A stretch of 41,150 bases of DNA from Gammaproteobacteria bacterium (GTDB lineage Bacteria; Pseudomonadota; Gammaproteobacteria; SZUA-229). Position 1 is the stretch's first letter; every line of letters starts with the position of its first letter. The stretch lies in assembly GCA_011321985.1 (NCBI GenBank), contig DROB01000039.1, forward strand, positions 1 to 41,150. Reading direction: 5' to 3'. A program made the translations under genes and the position numbers. This document shows, one piece after another, positions 19,998 through 30,732 of this stretch. The notes under the pieces are model-generated. The model saw only the letters and a program-made list of their open reading frames with translations, did not search any database and had not been told where the DNA came from.

Positions 19998-20089
19998 GAA
20001 ATACAGGATACGCTTTGTTCAAGACCGTCAGCCGCAGGGATGCGGATGTCGAGCCTACATGGATGTATCCACAGCGTGTCCTTTATTTC
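19998..20089. repeat. long imperfect hairpin in the gltB-gltD intercistronic spacer
   Basis: gaaatacaggatacgct (19998-20014) pairs with agcgtgtcctttatttc (20073-20089) at 15 of 17 positions. The arms enclose a 58-nt segment with ggatgcggatg/catggatgtatcc word repeats. Confidence 0.6.
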
Positions 20090-20126
20090 TGTACTGCTTA
20101 GTAACTTACTGCTTAAAACTCTACCT

Positions 20127-23100
20127 TCAGGCTACAGCCTGCTCTTCCTGTTTTTTCATTTCCTGCAACACACGCTTGTAATCCGTAGGCATGACCTTCA
20201 CGAACTGGGTGACGACTTCAGACCAGTTATCCAGTGCCGCTCTTGCGACAGCCGAACCGGTATGAGTGAGATGATTTTCGATCAGAGCCTTCACTTCATT
20301 GATCTCTTCTTCGGTATCCAGTGATTCCAGTTCGACCATACCCATGTTGCATAGCGCAGAAAATGTTCTGTTTTTATCCCATATATAAGCGATACCCCCG
20401 CTCATACCAGCGGCAAAGTTACGACCAGTCTCACCCAGCACTACCACGCGACCACCGGTCATATATTCACAACCGTGATCACCCACACCTTCGACTACTG
20501 TCAGAGCACCACTGTTACGTACACAGAAACGTTCTGCCGCGATACCTCTGAAATAGGCCTCACCCGAAGTCGCACCGTACAGAACGGTATTACCGACGAT
20601 GATATTTTCTTCAGCAACGATGTGGCTGCTCTTTGCTGGATACAGGATCAGACGACCACCGGATAAACCTTTACCGGCATAATCATTCGCATCACCTTCC
20701 AGTTCGATGGTCACACCTTCGTACAACCAGGCACCCAGACTCTGACCCGCGGAACCTTGCAGCTTGATGTGCAAGGTATCATCAGCAAGCGGTTTACCCT
20801 GTCGGGCTTTGGCTAACTCATGCGACAGCATGGTACCGACCACACGATTGGTATTGACTACGGGCAGTTCCATAGAAACTTTTTCACCGCTATCTATGGT
20901 CGCTCTCGCGCGTTTGATGATCTCATTATCCAGCGCTTTCTCCAGACCATGATCCTGCGTCATGGTGTGATACACCTCGACCTCATCATGTGGTTTTACC
21001 GCGGGAGTCAACAATGCAGTCAGATCGATGCCGTTAGCTTTCCAGTGGTCGATCGCTCTGTCCGCTTCCAGCACATCGACCCGACCGATCATTTCATTTA
21101 CCGTCCTGAAACCCAGTGCAGCCATATGTTCACGCATGTCTTCGGCCACCATGAACAGGTAGTTCACCACGTGTTCCGGTTTACCCTTGAATTTTTTACG
21201 CAGTTCTTTATCCTGCGTAGCGATACCGACCGGGCAGGTATTGAGATGACACTTGCGCATCATGATACAACCCAGCGTGATCAGTGGTGCAGTGGAAAAT
21301 CCAAACTCTTCTGCACCCAGTAATGCGGCGATAGTGATATCACGTCCGGTCTTTAGCTGACCATCGGTCTGCAATACCACGCGTGACCGCAGATCATTCA
21401 TCACCAGGGTCTGATGGGTTTCGGCAACACCTAACTCCCAGGGTAGACCCGCATGTTTGACCGAGGTCAACGGTGAAGCCCCGGTACCACCATCATGACC
21501 GGCGATAACGATATGATCAGAGAAGGCTTTGGTCACACCGGAGGCGATGGTACCAACACCGATCTCTGCCACCAGTTTGACGCTGATACGCGCAGACGGG
21601 TTGGCATTCTTCAGATCGTGGATCAGTTGCGCCAGATCTTCGATCGAATAGATATCGTGATGTGGCGGCGGGCTGATCAGTCCCACGCCCGGTGTCGAAT
21701 GACGGATACGCGCGATATTAACATCGACTTTACCGCCCGGCAGCTCGCCTCCTTCGCCCGGTTTTGCACCCTGCGAGACTTTTATCTGCAGTTCATCCGC
21801 ATTCGTCAGATACCAGTTAGTCACCCCGAAACGACCTGAAGCGACCTGTTTGATCGCCGAGCGTTTGGAATCGCCATTCTCCATGGTAGTGAAACGTTTC
21901 GCGTCTTCACCGCCCTCGCCGGTATTGGATTTACCGCCCATGCGATTCATCGCAATCGCCAGAGCTTCATGGCTCTCCGCTGAGATGGAACCAAAACTCA
22001 TAGCACCGGTAACGAAACGTTTGACGATCTCTTTTGCTGGCTCGACTTCATCGAGCGGGATAGCACCGCCATTAGCGCCTTCTTTAAAATTTAATAGACC
22101 ACGCAGGGTCGCACGACGGGTAGTATCGTCATCAGAAACTTTGGCAAACTGCTTATAGGCCTCCTTGCTGTTGGTGCGTGCCGCCAGCTGGATGTTTGCC
22201 AGTGTCTGTGGATTCCACATATGCACTTCGCCACCGCTACGCCAGTGGAAATCACCCGGGTTATCCAGTACCGGCAGACGGATCAGATCACGCGAAGGAT
22301 AGGCTTTCTCATGTCGGCGCAGCGATTCTTCAGCCAGCACTTCGAGATTAACGCCTTTGATACGACTCGCGGTACCTTTGAAACAACGCTGGATAACATC
22401 TTCACCCAGACCGACAGCTTCAAAAATCTGAGCTCCCTTGTATGAATGCAGGGTAGAGATACCGATCTTCGCCATCACTTTCAGCATGCCTTTTGCGACA
22501 CCCTTACGGTAGGCGGCTACGATCGCCTCATCACTGTACTGCTCAGCATCCAGCAGACCTTCACGCTGTGACTGGAACAGGGATTCGAAAGCGAGATAAG
22601 GATTGATCGCATCGGCACCATAACCGATCAACAGACAATGCTGATGCACCTCACGTGCCTCACCGGTCTCCAGTACGATACCGATACGGGTCCGTGCCTG
22701 ATTTTTTACCAGATGATGATGCACCGCACCGGTCGCCAGCAAGCTACTGACCGGAACACGTTCGGGTGAAAGCGCTCTATCACTCAACACGATCAGGCTG
22801 TAACCCTCTTCGATCGCTGCACTGGCCTGTACACAGATATCATCGAGACATTTACCCAGACCCGCAACCCCTTCAGATTTTTCATAGGTGATATCGATGG
22901 TCCGGGTCTTCCAGCCGCGATGATCCAGATGTTTTATGGCTGCCAGTTCTTCATTGGTCAGGATCGGATGCGGCACCCGCAGACGGTGTGCATGCTGTTC
23001 GGTCGTTTCCAGCAGGTTGCCTTCGGGACCGATATAACATTCCAGCGACATCACCACTTCTTCACGGATAGAGTCGATAGCAGGATTGGTCACCTGGGCA

Positions 23101-24713
23101 AATAACTGTTTGAAATAATCGTAGATCATACGCGGCTTATCAGAGAGGCAGGCCAGCGCCGAATCATTACCCATCGAGCCGACAGGATCGCGTAATTCAC
23201 GAACCAGTGGCAACAACATAAACTGCATGGTCTCGACGGTATAGCCGAATGCCTGCATACGAGGAATAATGGTCTCCGGATCAAAGCCATGTGCTGCCGA
23301 TCGCTCATCCATGGCACAATCAAGATCAGCGAGTTTTATCTCCTGATTTTTTAACCATTCACCATAGGGTCGTTGTGTGGCAAACTCATGCTTCAGGGTT
23401 TCATCCGAGATCAGTTCCCCTCTCTCGAAGTCGATGAGGAACATCTTGCCAGGTTGCAGGCGGCCCTTGAATTTCACATCCGCCGGATCGACATCGACCA
23501 CACCCACCTCAGAGGCCATGATCACGCGGTCATCATTGGTCAGGTAATACCGACTGGGACGCAGACCATTTCGATCGAGCACCGCACCGATGTACTGCCC
23601 ATCGGTGAAAGCGATCGAGGCCGGTCCATCCCACGGCTCCATCATCGCCGAGTTAAAGCGATAGAAATCTTTTTTCGCCTGATCCATATTCTCATCAGAC
23701 TGCCAGGCCTCCGGTACCATCAACATCACCGCTTCCTGCAAACTACGACCGGACATCAACAAAAATTCCAGTATGTTATCGAAGTTGCCTGAATCCGAGC
23801 AGTCGTTTTCTGCGATAGGAAACAGGCTGTCTATCTCGCAGTTATAATCATCACACTCGACCACACCCTGACGCGCAGTCATCCAGTTGCGGTTACCCAG
23901 CAGAGTGTTGATCTCACCGTTATGGCTCATGTAACGGTTCGGTTGTGCACGATCCCATGAAGGAAACGTATTGGTACTGAACCGCGAATGCACCATCGCA
24001 AGATGTGAGGCGTAATCGGTTTCCTGTAGATCGAGGAAAAATGTTTTCACCTGCAGAGCATTCAGCATACCCTTGTAGATGATTATATGCGGCGACAACG
24101 AACAGATATAAAATGATTTTCGTTGTGATAACGATTTGTCGTAACGCAACAGATGTGTGCTGCGTTTACGGATAACATAGAGCTCACGCTCAAAATCTTT
24201 GCCTTCCACACCCACCGCAGCGATATAGAGCTGCAGGATAACAGGCTGGGCCAGTCGGGCAGTAGGACCGATATTAGCCCCTTCCGTATCGATCGGCACT
24301 TCACGCCAGCCCAGGCATTTCTGTCCCTGTTCTTCGATTAACTTTTCAACACCATCGATGCATTTTTGACGCTGCGCCTCATCGGTCGGTAAAAACACAT
24401 TACCCGCCGCATACAGACCTGCTGCAGGCAACGTTACACCTAGATCCTGCTTCGCCACCCGGGCGCAAAAGTCATAAGGCATGCCGGTCAGGATACCCGC
24501 ACCATCGCCGGTCGTCGGTTCGCAACCACAACCGCCGCGATGCTCCATACGTTGCAGCATGATCTCGGCATCGGTCACGATCTGATGACTGGCTTTACCC
24601 TTAATATGTGCAACAAAACCGACACCACAGCTGTCTTTTTCAAAAGCCGGGTCATATAGACCCTGCTTTTCAGGAAATCCGTGTTTTATCTGTTCTTGTA
24701 ATTTTGAGCTCAT
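20127..24713 (-). CDS. gltB: glutamate synthase large subunit
   Basis: About 1528 aa. N-terminal Ntn amidotransferase cysteine (KDSCGVGF), followed by FMN and GXGXG domains. The track ORF begins at GTG 24734; the first ATG (MSSKLQEQ...) is at 24713. Confidence 0.95.
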   Translation of the reverse strand: MSSKLQEQIKHGFPEKQGLYDPAFEKDSCGVGFVAHIKGKASHQIVTDAEIMLQRMEHRGGCGCEPTTGDGAGILTGMPYDFCARVAKQDLGVTLPAAGLYAAGNVFLPTDEAQRQKCIDGVEKLIEEQGQKCLGWREVPIDTEGANIGPTARLAQPVILQLYIAAVGVEGKDFERELYVIRKRSTHLLRYDKSLSQRKSFYICSLSPHIIIYKGMLNALQVKTFFLDLQETDYASHLAMVHSRFSTNTFPSWDRAQPNRYMSHNGEINTLLGNRNWMTARQGVVECDDYNCEIDSLFPIAENDCSDSGNFDNILEFLLMSGRSLQEAVMLMVPEAWQSDENMDQAKKDFYRFNSAMMEPWDGPASIAFTDGQYIGAVLDRNGLRPSRYYLTNDDRVIMASEVGVVDVDPADVKFKGRLQPGKMFLIDFERGELISDETLKHEFATQRPYGEWLKNQEIKLADLDCAMDERSAAHGFDPETIIPRMQAFGYTVETMQFMLLPLVRELRDPVGSMGNDSALACLSDKPRMIYDYFKQLFAQVTNPAIDSIREEVVMSLECYIGPEGNLLETTEQHAHRLRVPHPILTNEELAAIKHLDHRGWKTRTIDITYEKSEGVAGLGKCLDDICVQASAAIEEGYSLIVLSDRALSPERVPVSSLLATGAVHHHLVKNQARTRIGIVLETGEAREVHQHCLLIGYGADAINPYLAFESLFQSQREGLLDAEQYSDEAIVAAYRKGVAKGMLKVMAKIGISTLHSYKGAQIFEAVGLGEDVIQRCFKGTASRIKGVNLEVLAEESLRRHEKAYPSRDLIRLPVLDNPGDFHWRSGGEVHMWNPQTLANIQLAARTNSKEAYKQFAKVSDDDTTRRATLRGLLNFKEGANGGAIPLDEVEPAKEIVKRFVTGAMSFGSISAESHEALAIAMNRMGGKSNTGEGGEDAKRFTTMENGDSKRSAIKQVASGRFGVTNWYLTNADELQIKVSQGAKPGEGGELPGGKVDVNIARIRHSTPGVGLISPPPHHDIYSIEDLAQLIHDLKNANPSARISVKLVAEIGVGTIASGVTKAFSDHIVIAGHDGGTGASPLTSVKHAGLPWELGVAETHQTLVMNDLRSRVVLQTDGQLKTGRDITIAALLGAEEFGFSTAPLITLGCIMMRKCHLNTCPVGIATQDKELRKKFKGKPEHVVNYLFMVAEDMREHMAALGFRTVNEMIGRVDVLEADRAIDHWKANGIDLTALLTPAVKPHDEVEVYHTMTQDHGLEKALDNEIIKRARATIDSGEKVSMELPVVNTNRVVGTMLSHELAKARQGKPLADDTLHIKLQGSAGQSLGAWLYEGVTIELEGDANDYAGKGLSGGRLILYPAKSSHIVAEENIIVGNTVLYGATSGEAYFRGIAAERFCVRNSGALTVVEGVGDHGCEYMTGGRVVVLGETGRNFAAGMSGGIAYIWDKNRTFSALCNMGMVELESLDTEEEINEVKALIENHLTHTGSAVARAALDNWSEVVTQFVKVMPTDYKRVLQEMKKQEEQAVA

Positions 24714-25087
24714 ATTTAAACCGTAACTATCCACACAGCGTTTGAAACTTGTTTGCCGTCAAATTATATTTAATAAAATCAGGTAATTAGCGAATAAAAT
24801 CGAAAGACGCATCTGTTTTACCGACTGACTCATCCAGCAGATCTGCGCCCTGTACAAACAGGCACAAATAACGGGCAAGGCCGCCCATTTTAGCGAAAAT
24901 CAGCCCCTAAGGAAAGCGCTGAGAAGACACTGTCTTAATATGTATAAACTGACCTGGTATGGTCAAAACAAAGTCAAAAGCTTTCACTGCAGAGAAAAGC
25001 CTGGATTTGTTAATAACGCCGCAGGTGCTGTTAACAAAATAAAACTCTGCGCCGCTGCGGTGATAGTTTTTTACTCTACGGAAAAAT

Positions 25088-25822
25088 TTACCAGGCCCGT
25101 ACCTGATTTAGCCAACTGGTAAAGAACAGCTCACCCTGCACTTCCAGCTGGTTGGCGTAACGCCGTGTATCTTCGCGCAGCCGTTCGACGTTGATACCCG
25201 GCGTGCTCATGATCTCCCCGATATGGCCGATAAACCATTTTTCCATCGAACGCTGCGTGATCTCCGGGTGAAACTGCAGGGCAAGCACGTTGTTGCCGTA
25301 GCTAAAGGCCTGGTTGGCATAGATTTCGCTGGAAGCGAGTAACACCGCACCGTCAGGCAGATCGAAGGTCTCACCATGCCAGTGCAGCATAGAGCAATGC
25401 CGTGCATCAAGGTAGCGCAGAGCCGACTGCTCACCGGCCTCCGTCAACTCCAGGCCATGCCAGCCGATCTCTTTTTCGCCACCCGAGTAGACTTCGGCAT
25501 CCAACGCCCTGGCAATCAGCTGCGCCCCGAGACAGATACCCAGCGTAGGCAGATCCGCAGCAATACGCTGTTTCAGCAGGTTGATCTCTGTCTCTAAAAA
25601 CGGAAACATATCGATATCATTAACACTGACAGGACCGCCCAGTATGACCAGCAGATCACTGGACAAGGCCTCTGCCTGGAGCAGGCCTTCCGGTTCCAGC
25701 GCAAAATCGGCAGCCTCGATATAGTTGATATCAATATTTTCAGCCTGCAATACCGGAGTAAAACTGGCCAGATCCTCAAAGGCCAGATGACGCACCACAT
25801 TGACTACTTTATTCTTTCCCAT
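25088..25822 (-). CDS. class I glutamine amidotransferase (GMP synthase-like GATase1 domain protein)
   Basis: Catalytic triad context: LGICLGAQLIA (Cys) and LQFHPE (His/Glu). The start is probably MGKNKVVNVVRHLAFEDL at 25822; the longest ORF begins at 25849. Confidence 0.8.
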   Translation of the reverse strand: MGKNKVVNVVRHLAFEDLASFTPVLQAENIDINYIEAADFALEPEGLLQAEALSSDLLVILGGPVSVNDIDMFPFLETEINLLKQRIAADLPTLGICLGAQLIARALDAEVYSGGEKEIGWHGLELTEAGEQSALRYLDARHCSMLHWHGETFDLPDGAVLLASSEIYANQAFSYGNNVLALQFHPEITQRSMEKWFIGHIGEIMSTPGINVERLREDTRRYANQLEVQGELFFTSWLNQVRAW

Positions 25823-25897
25823 ATCTTCGACCATTGGCGTAAAATGCAAATCTCGTCTCTGTACACGATGAATACACCCGAAGTTTAACGCAAATAG

Positions 25898-26791
25898 ATG
25901 ATAAAGATGCCTGACACATTACACACCAGTCATATAAAGAGCCTCCCCCTGCTACATAACGGCAAAGTCCGCGACATCTATGATATCGATGAATCACATA
26001 TGCTCATCGTCACCACAGACCGTATCTCCGCCTTCGATGTCATCATGCCGACACCGGTCCCTGGCAAGGGCATCATACTGAATCAGGTAACCCGATTCTG
26101 GATGGACAGGATGGCACACATCATCCCCAACCAGCAATGCGATCTCAGACTGGAAGATGTCCTGCCCGATGCGGCGGAACGCAGGGAAGTCGAAAATCAC
26201 GCGATGATCGTAAAAAAGCTCAAAGCCCTGCCCGTCGAGGCCATCGTCCGGGGTTATATCATCGGCTCTGGCTGGAAGGACTACCAGGCGACCGGCGCTA
26301 TCTGCGGTATAGCACTGCCCGCCAACCTGCAACTGGCCGATAGACTACCGGAAGCCATCTTTACGCCATCAACAAAAGCCGCCGTGGGCGCACATGACGA
26401 AAACATCGACTATACTCAATCAAAGGCGTTGCTGGGTGAAGACATCGCCCGACAGGTCCGCGATGTCAGCCTGCAGCTCTACAGAGAAGCCGCCGACTAC
26501 GCCCTGGAACGCGGCATCATTATCGCCGACACCAAATTTGAATTTGGACTCGATAGAGATGGCCGACTAACCCTGATAGATGAAGTATTAACACCCGACT
26601 CATCACGGTTCTGGCCCAAGGAAGAATATCAACCCGGTAGCAGCCCGGTCAGTTTCGATAAGCAGTTCGTACGTGATTATCTGGAAACACTGGACTGGAA
26701 CAAGACGGCCCCAGGCCCTGAATTGCCGGACTCAATTGTGACAAAAACAGCCGAAAAATATGAATATGCAAAAAAATTACTTATGGAGTAA
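25898..26791 (+). CDS. purC: phosphoribosylaminoimidazole-succinocarboxamide synthase (long form)
   Basis: GKVRDIYDID, TDRISAFD, IIADTKFEFG and TPDSSRFW motifs. Alternative start at 25907. Confidence 0.92.
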   Translation: MIKMPDTLHTSHIKSLPLLHNGKVRDIYDIDESHMLIVTTDRISAFDVIMPTPVPGKGIILNQVTRFWMDRMAHIIPNQQCDLRLEDVLPDAAERREVENHAMIVKKLKALPVEAIVRGYIIGSGWKDYQATGAICGIALPANLQLADRLPEAIFTPSTKAAVGAHDENIDYTQSKALLGEDIARQVRDVSLQLYREAADYALERGIIIADTKFEFGLDRDGRLTLIDEVLTPDSSRFWPKEEYQPGSSPVSFDKQFVRDYLETLDWNKTAPGPELPDSIVTKTAEKYEYAKKLLME

Positions 26792-26796
26792 TCTGC

Positions 26797-27498
26797 ATGA
26801 AAGGTGTTTTTATCACAGGAACCGGCACAGAGGTGGGCAAGACCCTTGTCGGTGTCGGAATCGCCAGACAACTTGATCAGAAAAATATAACTGTTGTCCC
26901 CAGAAAACCAATCGAATCCGGCTGCATCAGGCAGGGTGATGAGCTCATCCCGCAGGATGCGAGCGCATTAAGAGATGCCGCCAACTACCGTGGCCCGCTG
27001 TCCGAGGTGTGTCCCTATCGTTTCGAACCCCCGATCTCACCGGTACGTGCCGCCCATCTTGCCAATAAAATATTAACCACCGAACAACTGGTCAATATTT
27101 GCCTACAGGGCAGTGAAGAAGGTTTCCTACTGGTCGAAGGTGCTGGTGGCTTCTATTCTCCACTGGCCGAAAATGGTCTCAATGCCGACCTGGCGGTTGC
27201 CCTGCAACTACCGGTATTACTGGTAGCCAGAGACCAGCTGGGAGCACTAAGTCAGGTGCTACTCAATGTCGAAGCCATTCAGATGCGTGGATTACACCTG
27301 GCAGGCGTGGTACTGAACGCAGTGGACGACGAGCAGGATGACCATATGGATAACTCTGCCGATTTACGTGAACGCCTCAGTTGCCCGGTCTTCACCAATC
27401 CCCATGTCACCACCGGCATCGCAGAACTGCCCGATACCTTGATCGACTCACTGACTACCCGTGTTACGGGCACACCCCACATAAGAGCGGTGCGCTAG
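26797..27498 (+). CDS. bioD: dethiobiotin synthase
   Basis: N-terminal P-loop FITGTGTEVGKT and LVEGAGG. 233 aa. Starts 5 nt after purC. Confidence 0.85.
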   Translation: MKGVFITGTGTEVGKTLVGVGIARQLDQKNITVVPRKPIESGCIRQGDELIPQDASALRDAANYRGPLSEVCPYRFEPPISPVRAAHLANKILTTEQLVNICLQGSEEGFLLVEGAGGFYSPLAENGLNADLAVALQLPVLLVARDQLGALSQVLLNVEAIQMRGLHLAGVVLNAVDDEQDDHMDNSADLRERLSCPVFTNPHVTTGIAELPDTLIDSLTTRVTGTPHIRAVR

Positions 27499-27505
27499 AG
27501 CAGGC

Positions 27506-27567
27506 ATTCGCGGAATAGATTCCGCTCCTGCCAGCGTGGTTTCACCTGTGGGCGTGCTGTCGTGGGG
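27506..27567. repeat. REP-type element, copy C (degenerate right arm)
   Basis: attcgcggaatagattccgctcctgccag, followed by cacctgtgggcgtgctgtcgtgggg. Lies between the convergent bioD and FKBP genes. Confidence 0.65.
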
Positions 27568-27568
27568 A

Positions 27569-27895
27569 CTAACTCAGGCCGATCAATTCAACCTTGAACA
27601 CCAGGGTTGCGTTGGGCGGAATCACGCCACCTGCACCACGTTCACCGTACCCCATTTCAGGTGGAATCGTCAGTTTCCGTGCGCCACCGATCTTCATACC
27701 CGCGACCCCCTGATCCCATCCTGCGATGACCTGACCCGCACCCAGCTTGAAACTGAATGTCTGATCACGATCGAGACTGGAATCAAATTTGGTGCCATCG
27801 ACCAGCCAGCCGGTGTAATGCACCTCGACGGTCTGACCCGCGACTGCTTCATCACCATCACCTATGATCTGGTCTTCCATTTCTAGTTCAGCCAT
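27569..27895 (-). CDS. FKBP-type peptidyl-prolyl cis-trans isomerase
   Basis: 108 aa FKBP12-like: [51 protein letters not shown] lies 4 nt upstream of the ATG. Confidence 0.92.
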   Translation of the reverse strand: MAELEMEDQIIGDGDEAVAGQTVEVHYTGWLVDGTKFDSSLDRDQTFSFKLGAGQVIAGWDQGVAGMKIGGARKLTIPPEMGYGERGAGGVIPPNATLVFKVELIGLS

Positions 27896-27980
27896 AATTA
27901 CCTCTTATTTAGTTAAAGGACACCTCGGTTAATTGATTGCGCCCTCGAGTTAATACCTTCTCATGCAAATAAAACATACC

Positions 27981-28050
27981 CTGCAGCAGTGGCGTTTATT
28001 CCGCGATTCCACACCTGCGATGTTAAGGTATCTCACAGGATCGCTGCAGC
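27981..28050. repeat. degenerate REP-related palindrome
   Basis: ctgcagcagtggcgtttattccgcgat ... atcgctgcag. Carries the reverse-complemented atcgcggaataaa word of the REP family. Confidence 0.45.
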
Positions 28051-28065
28051 ACGCACGGGAAAAAA

Positions 28066-28097
28066 TCCAAAAAAAGGGACCCGAAGATCCCTTTTTC
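28066..28097 (-). terminator. rho-independent terminator after fba (end of the tkt-gap-pgk-pyk-fba cluster)
   Basis: The minus strand reads aaaggga-tcttcggg-tcccttt followed by a T-run. Lies about 20 nt downstream of the fba stop. Confidence 0.75.
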
Positions 28098-28117
28098 AAT
28101 ACACAAATACTGCTCGA

Positions 28118-29155
28118 TTATTTATAAAAATCGACCATCTTCTCAAGCGAAAGTGGTGTGATCTTCGACGCATTACCGGCAGAACCAAATGATTCAAAAC
28201 GAGCTTTACAAATCTGTTTCATGCCGTTTGTTGATTCTTTCAGGAATTTACGTGGATCAAAGTTAGCAGGATTATCCATAAGGTGTTTACGGATAGAACC
28301 GGTAGATGCCATACGCAGATCAGTATCGATATTAACTTTAGCAACACCGTTCTTGATACCTTCGACGATCTCTTCGACAGGCACACCGTAAGTCTGGCCC
28401 ATATCACCACCGTAAGAGTTGATCACTTTCAACCAGTCCTGTGGCACTGAAGAAGAACCGTGCATCACCAGGTGAGTATTAGGTAACCGGGCATGGATCT
28501 CTTTGATGCGATCGATACGCAGGATGTCACCATCAGGCTCTTTGGTAAATTTATAAGCACCGTGTGAGGTACCGATAGCAATCGCTAACGCATCGACATT
28601 GGTCTGCTCGACAAAATCAGCCGCTTCCTCGACAGAGGTTAACAGCATATCCATATCCAGCTTGCCTTCTGCACCGTGACCGTCTTCTTCACCCATCTCA
28701 CCGGTTTCCAGTGAACCCAGACAACCTAACTCACCCTCGACTGAAACACCACCGGCATGCGCCATCTTCACCACTTCTTTCGTTACCGCTACGTTGTATT
28801 CGAAAGAAGAAGGGGTTTTCATGTCGGCTTCCAGTGATCCGTCCATCATCACAGAGCTGAAACCAGACTGGATCGAACGCAGACAGACGGCTGGCTCAGA
28901 ACCGTGATCCTGATGCATGACGACAGGGATGTGTGGATACATCTCGATCGCAGCAGAGATCAGGTGACGCAGGAAAGGTTCGCCTGCATAGGAACGCGCA
29001 CCGGCAGAACCCTGCATGATGACCGGGCTGTTGGCCTCGTCTGCAGCCTGCATGATGGCATGCACCTGCTCCATATTATTAACATTAAACGCTGGCATGC
29101 CGTAGTTGTTCTCAGCAGCATGATCCAGTAATTGTCTCAGTGAAATTAAAGCCAT
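28118..29155 (-). CDS. fba: class II fructose-bisphosphate aldolase (CbbA/Fba type)
   Basis: [27 protein letters not shown]...VVMHQDHG...GSSSVPQ. Strong GAGGAGAG Shine-Dalgarno 5 nt upstream. Confidence 0.95.
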   Translation of the reverse strand: MALISLRQLLDHAAENNYGMPAFNVNNMEQVHAIMQAADEANSPVIMQGSAGARSYAGEPFLRHLISAAIEMYPHIPVVMHQDHGSEPAVCLRSIQSGFSSVMMDGSLEADMKTPSSFEYNVAVTKEVVKMAHAGGVSVEGELGCLGSLETGEMGEEDGHGAEGKLDMDMLLTSVEEAADFVEQTNVDALAIAIGTSHGAYKFTKEPDGDILRIDRIKEIHARLPNTHLVMHGSSSVPQDWLKVINSYGGDMGQTYGVPVEEIVEGIKNGVAKVNIDTDLRMASTGSIRKHLMDNPANFDPRKFLKESTNGMKQICKARFESFGSAGNASKITPLSLEKMVDFYK

Positions 29156-29238
29156 TTCAGCTCTCCTCTAAAAAGTAAACTAATCTAAAAATAATAAAAA
29201 TTCCTGGTCACTCTCAATCGCGCCAGCTAAACCACCCT

Positions 29239-30663
29239 TTATTGCACGCTGACGATCTTCATGATGTTGCTGCCACCACCCTGATCACCCAACATGTCAC
29301 CACGGGTAATCACGATACGGTCACCGTCCACGACGATGTTTTTACTCTTCAGCAAATCCATCACACCCATCGTCACATCTTTGGGTGCAAGCTCTTCAAA
29401 ATCGGCCCGAACCGGATAGACACCCCGATACAGGGTCACCCTGCTCAAGGTCCTCAGGCTGGGGGTCAACGCATAGATCGGGATACCCGAACTTATCCGT
29501 GACATCCACAACACCGTCGCGCCTGATTGCGTCAGTGACGCGATCGCATTCATCTTGAGATGATTCGCGGTGTACATTGTAGCCATTGCGATGGCTTCAT
29601 CAACCCTACCAAAAACAAGGTCTACACGATGATCCGAGACCATCGCCGCGCGCTGCTTCTCCGCATGTTCGCAGATGCGCCCCATCGCCATAACCGTCTT
29701 GGCAGGATACTTACCGACAGCAGTCTCACCAGACAGCATCACCGCATCGGTTCCATCCAGTACCGAATTTGCAACATCAAACACTTCGGCACGGGTCGGA
29801 ATCGGGCTTTCTATCATCGACTCCATCATCTGTGTCGCAGTGATGACCACTTTATTCATGCTACGCGCTTTTTTGATCAGGCTCTTCTGCAGGGCGGGCA
29901 ATTCTGCATCACCCATCTCCACTCCCAGATCGCCTCGAGCCACCATGATGACATCCGAAGCCTCTACGATCTCGTCGATATTCCTGATCGCTTCCGCCCG
30001 CTCGACCTTGGTGACGATACCGGCATCGCTGCCTTCCGCTTCCACCAGTTCCCGGCATTGTTGTACATCTTTCGCGGTACAGGCAAAAGACAGTGCGACA
30101 TAATCGACATCCATCGCTGTCGCCGCTTTTAAATCTTCTTTATCCTTATCGGTCAACGCTGGCGCGGATAACCCCCCGCCCTTCAGATTGATACCCTTGT
30201 TATTCGATAACTCACAGGTGTAGACGACTGTACAGCGTATCTCGTCACCTATGACTTCGGTCACTTCGAGCTCGACACGACCATCATCGAGCAGCAGGAC
30301 ATCCCCTTTTTTAACGTCTTCCGGCAAAGCTTTATAGGTCAGGCCGACACGCTCTTCTGTACCTTCATCTTTACCTAGCGCCGCATCCAGGATAAAGGTT
30401 TCACCACGGATCAACTGCACTCGTCCGTCTTTGAATTTATGCGTACGGATCTTTGGCCCCTGTAGATCAGCCAGGATACCGACGATACGACCAGAGGCCT
30501 CGCTACATTCACGGATCAGATCGACTCGATGCTTCTGTTCCTCGTGCGAACCATGTGAAAAGTTTAAACGGAATACATCGACACCTGCTCGTATCATCTC
30601 CAGGATAATTTCAGTCGAACTGGAACCCGGGCCTAGCGTCGCGACAATCTTTGTTCTGCGCAT
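29239..30663 (-). CDS. pyk: pyruvate kinase
   Basis: MRRTKIVATLGP, FRLNFSHG, MVARGDLGVE and TQMLESM-like (TQMMESM) motifs. 474 aa. Confidence 0.95.
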   Translation of the reverse strand: MRRTKIVATLGPGSSSTEIILEMIRAGVDVFRLNFSHGSHEEQKHRVDLIRECSEASGRIVGILADLQGPKIRTHKFKDGRVQLIRGETFILDAALGKDEGTEERVGLTYKALPEDVKKGDVLLLDDGRVELEVTEVIGDEIRCTVVYTCELSNNKGINLKGGGLSAPALTDKDKEDLKAATAMDVDYVALSFACTAKDVQQCRELVEAEGSDAGIVTKVERAEAIRNIDEIVEASDVIMVARGDLGVEMGDAELPALQKSLIKKARSMNKVVITATQMMESMIESPIPTRAEVFDVANSVLDGTDAVMLSGETAVGKYPAKTVMAMGRICEHAEKQRAAMVSDHRVDLVFGRVDEAIAMATMYTANHLKMNAIASLTQSGATVLWMSRISSGIPIYALTPSLRTLSRVTLYRGVYPVRADFEELAPKDVTMGVMDLLKSKNIVVDGDRIVITRGDMLGDQGGGSNIMKIVSVQ

Positions 30664-30732
30664 CGATGTTTTCTTTAAACTCTCATTTACTGGTTCATTG
30701 CTATAACTTTTCAGACGGTCTCTGAGCCGTTG

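Noticed and set aside
20040-24341. Numerous 60-167-aa ORFs on the plus strand within gltB (for example 20820-21323, 23373-23792).
   Set aside because: They are antisense shadow ORFs inside a continuous 1.5-kaa glutamate synthase reading frame, with low-complexity, His/Arg-rich translations and no start-site signals.
25898-27498. purC followed 5 nt later by bioD, away from other bio genes.
   Set aside because: This adjacency is unusual, but both are ordinary, well-recognised enzymes, and I see nothing in the sequence that indicates new biology.
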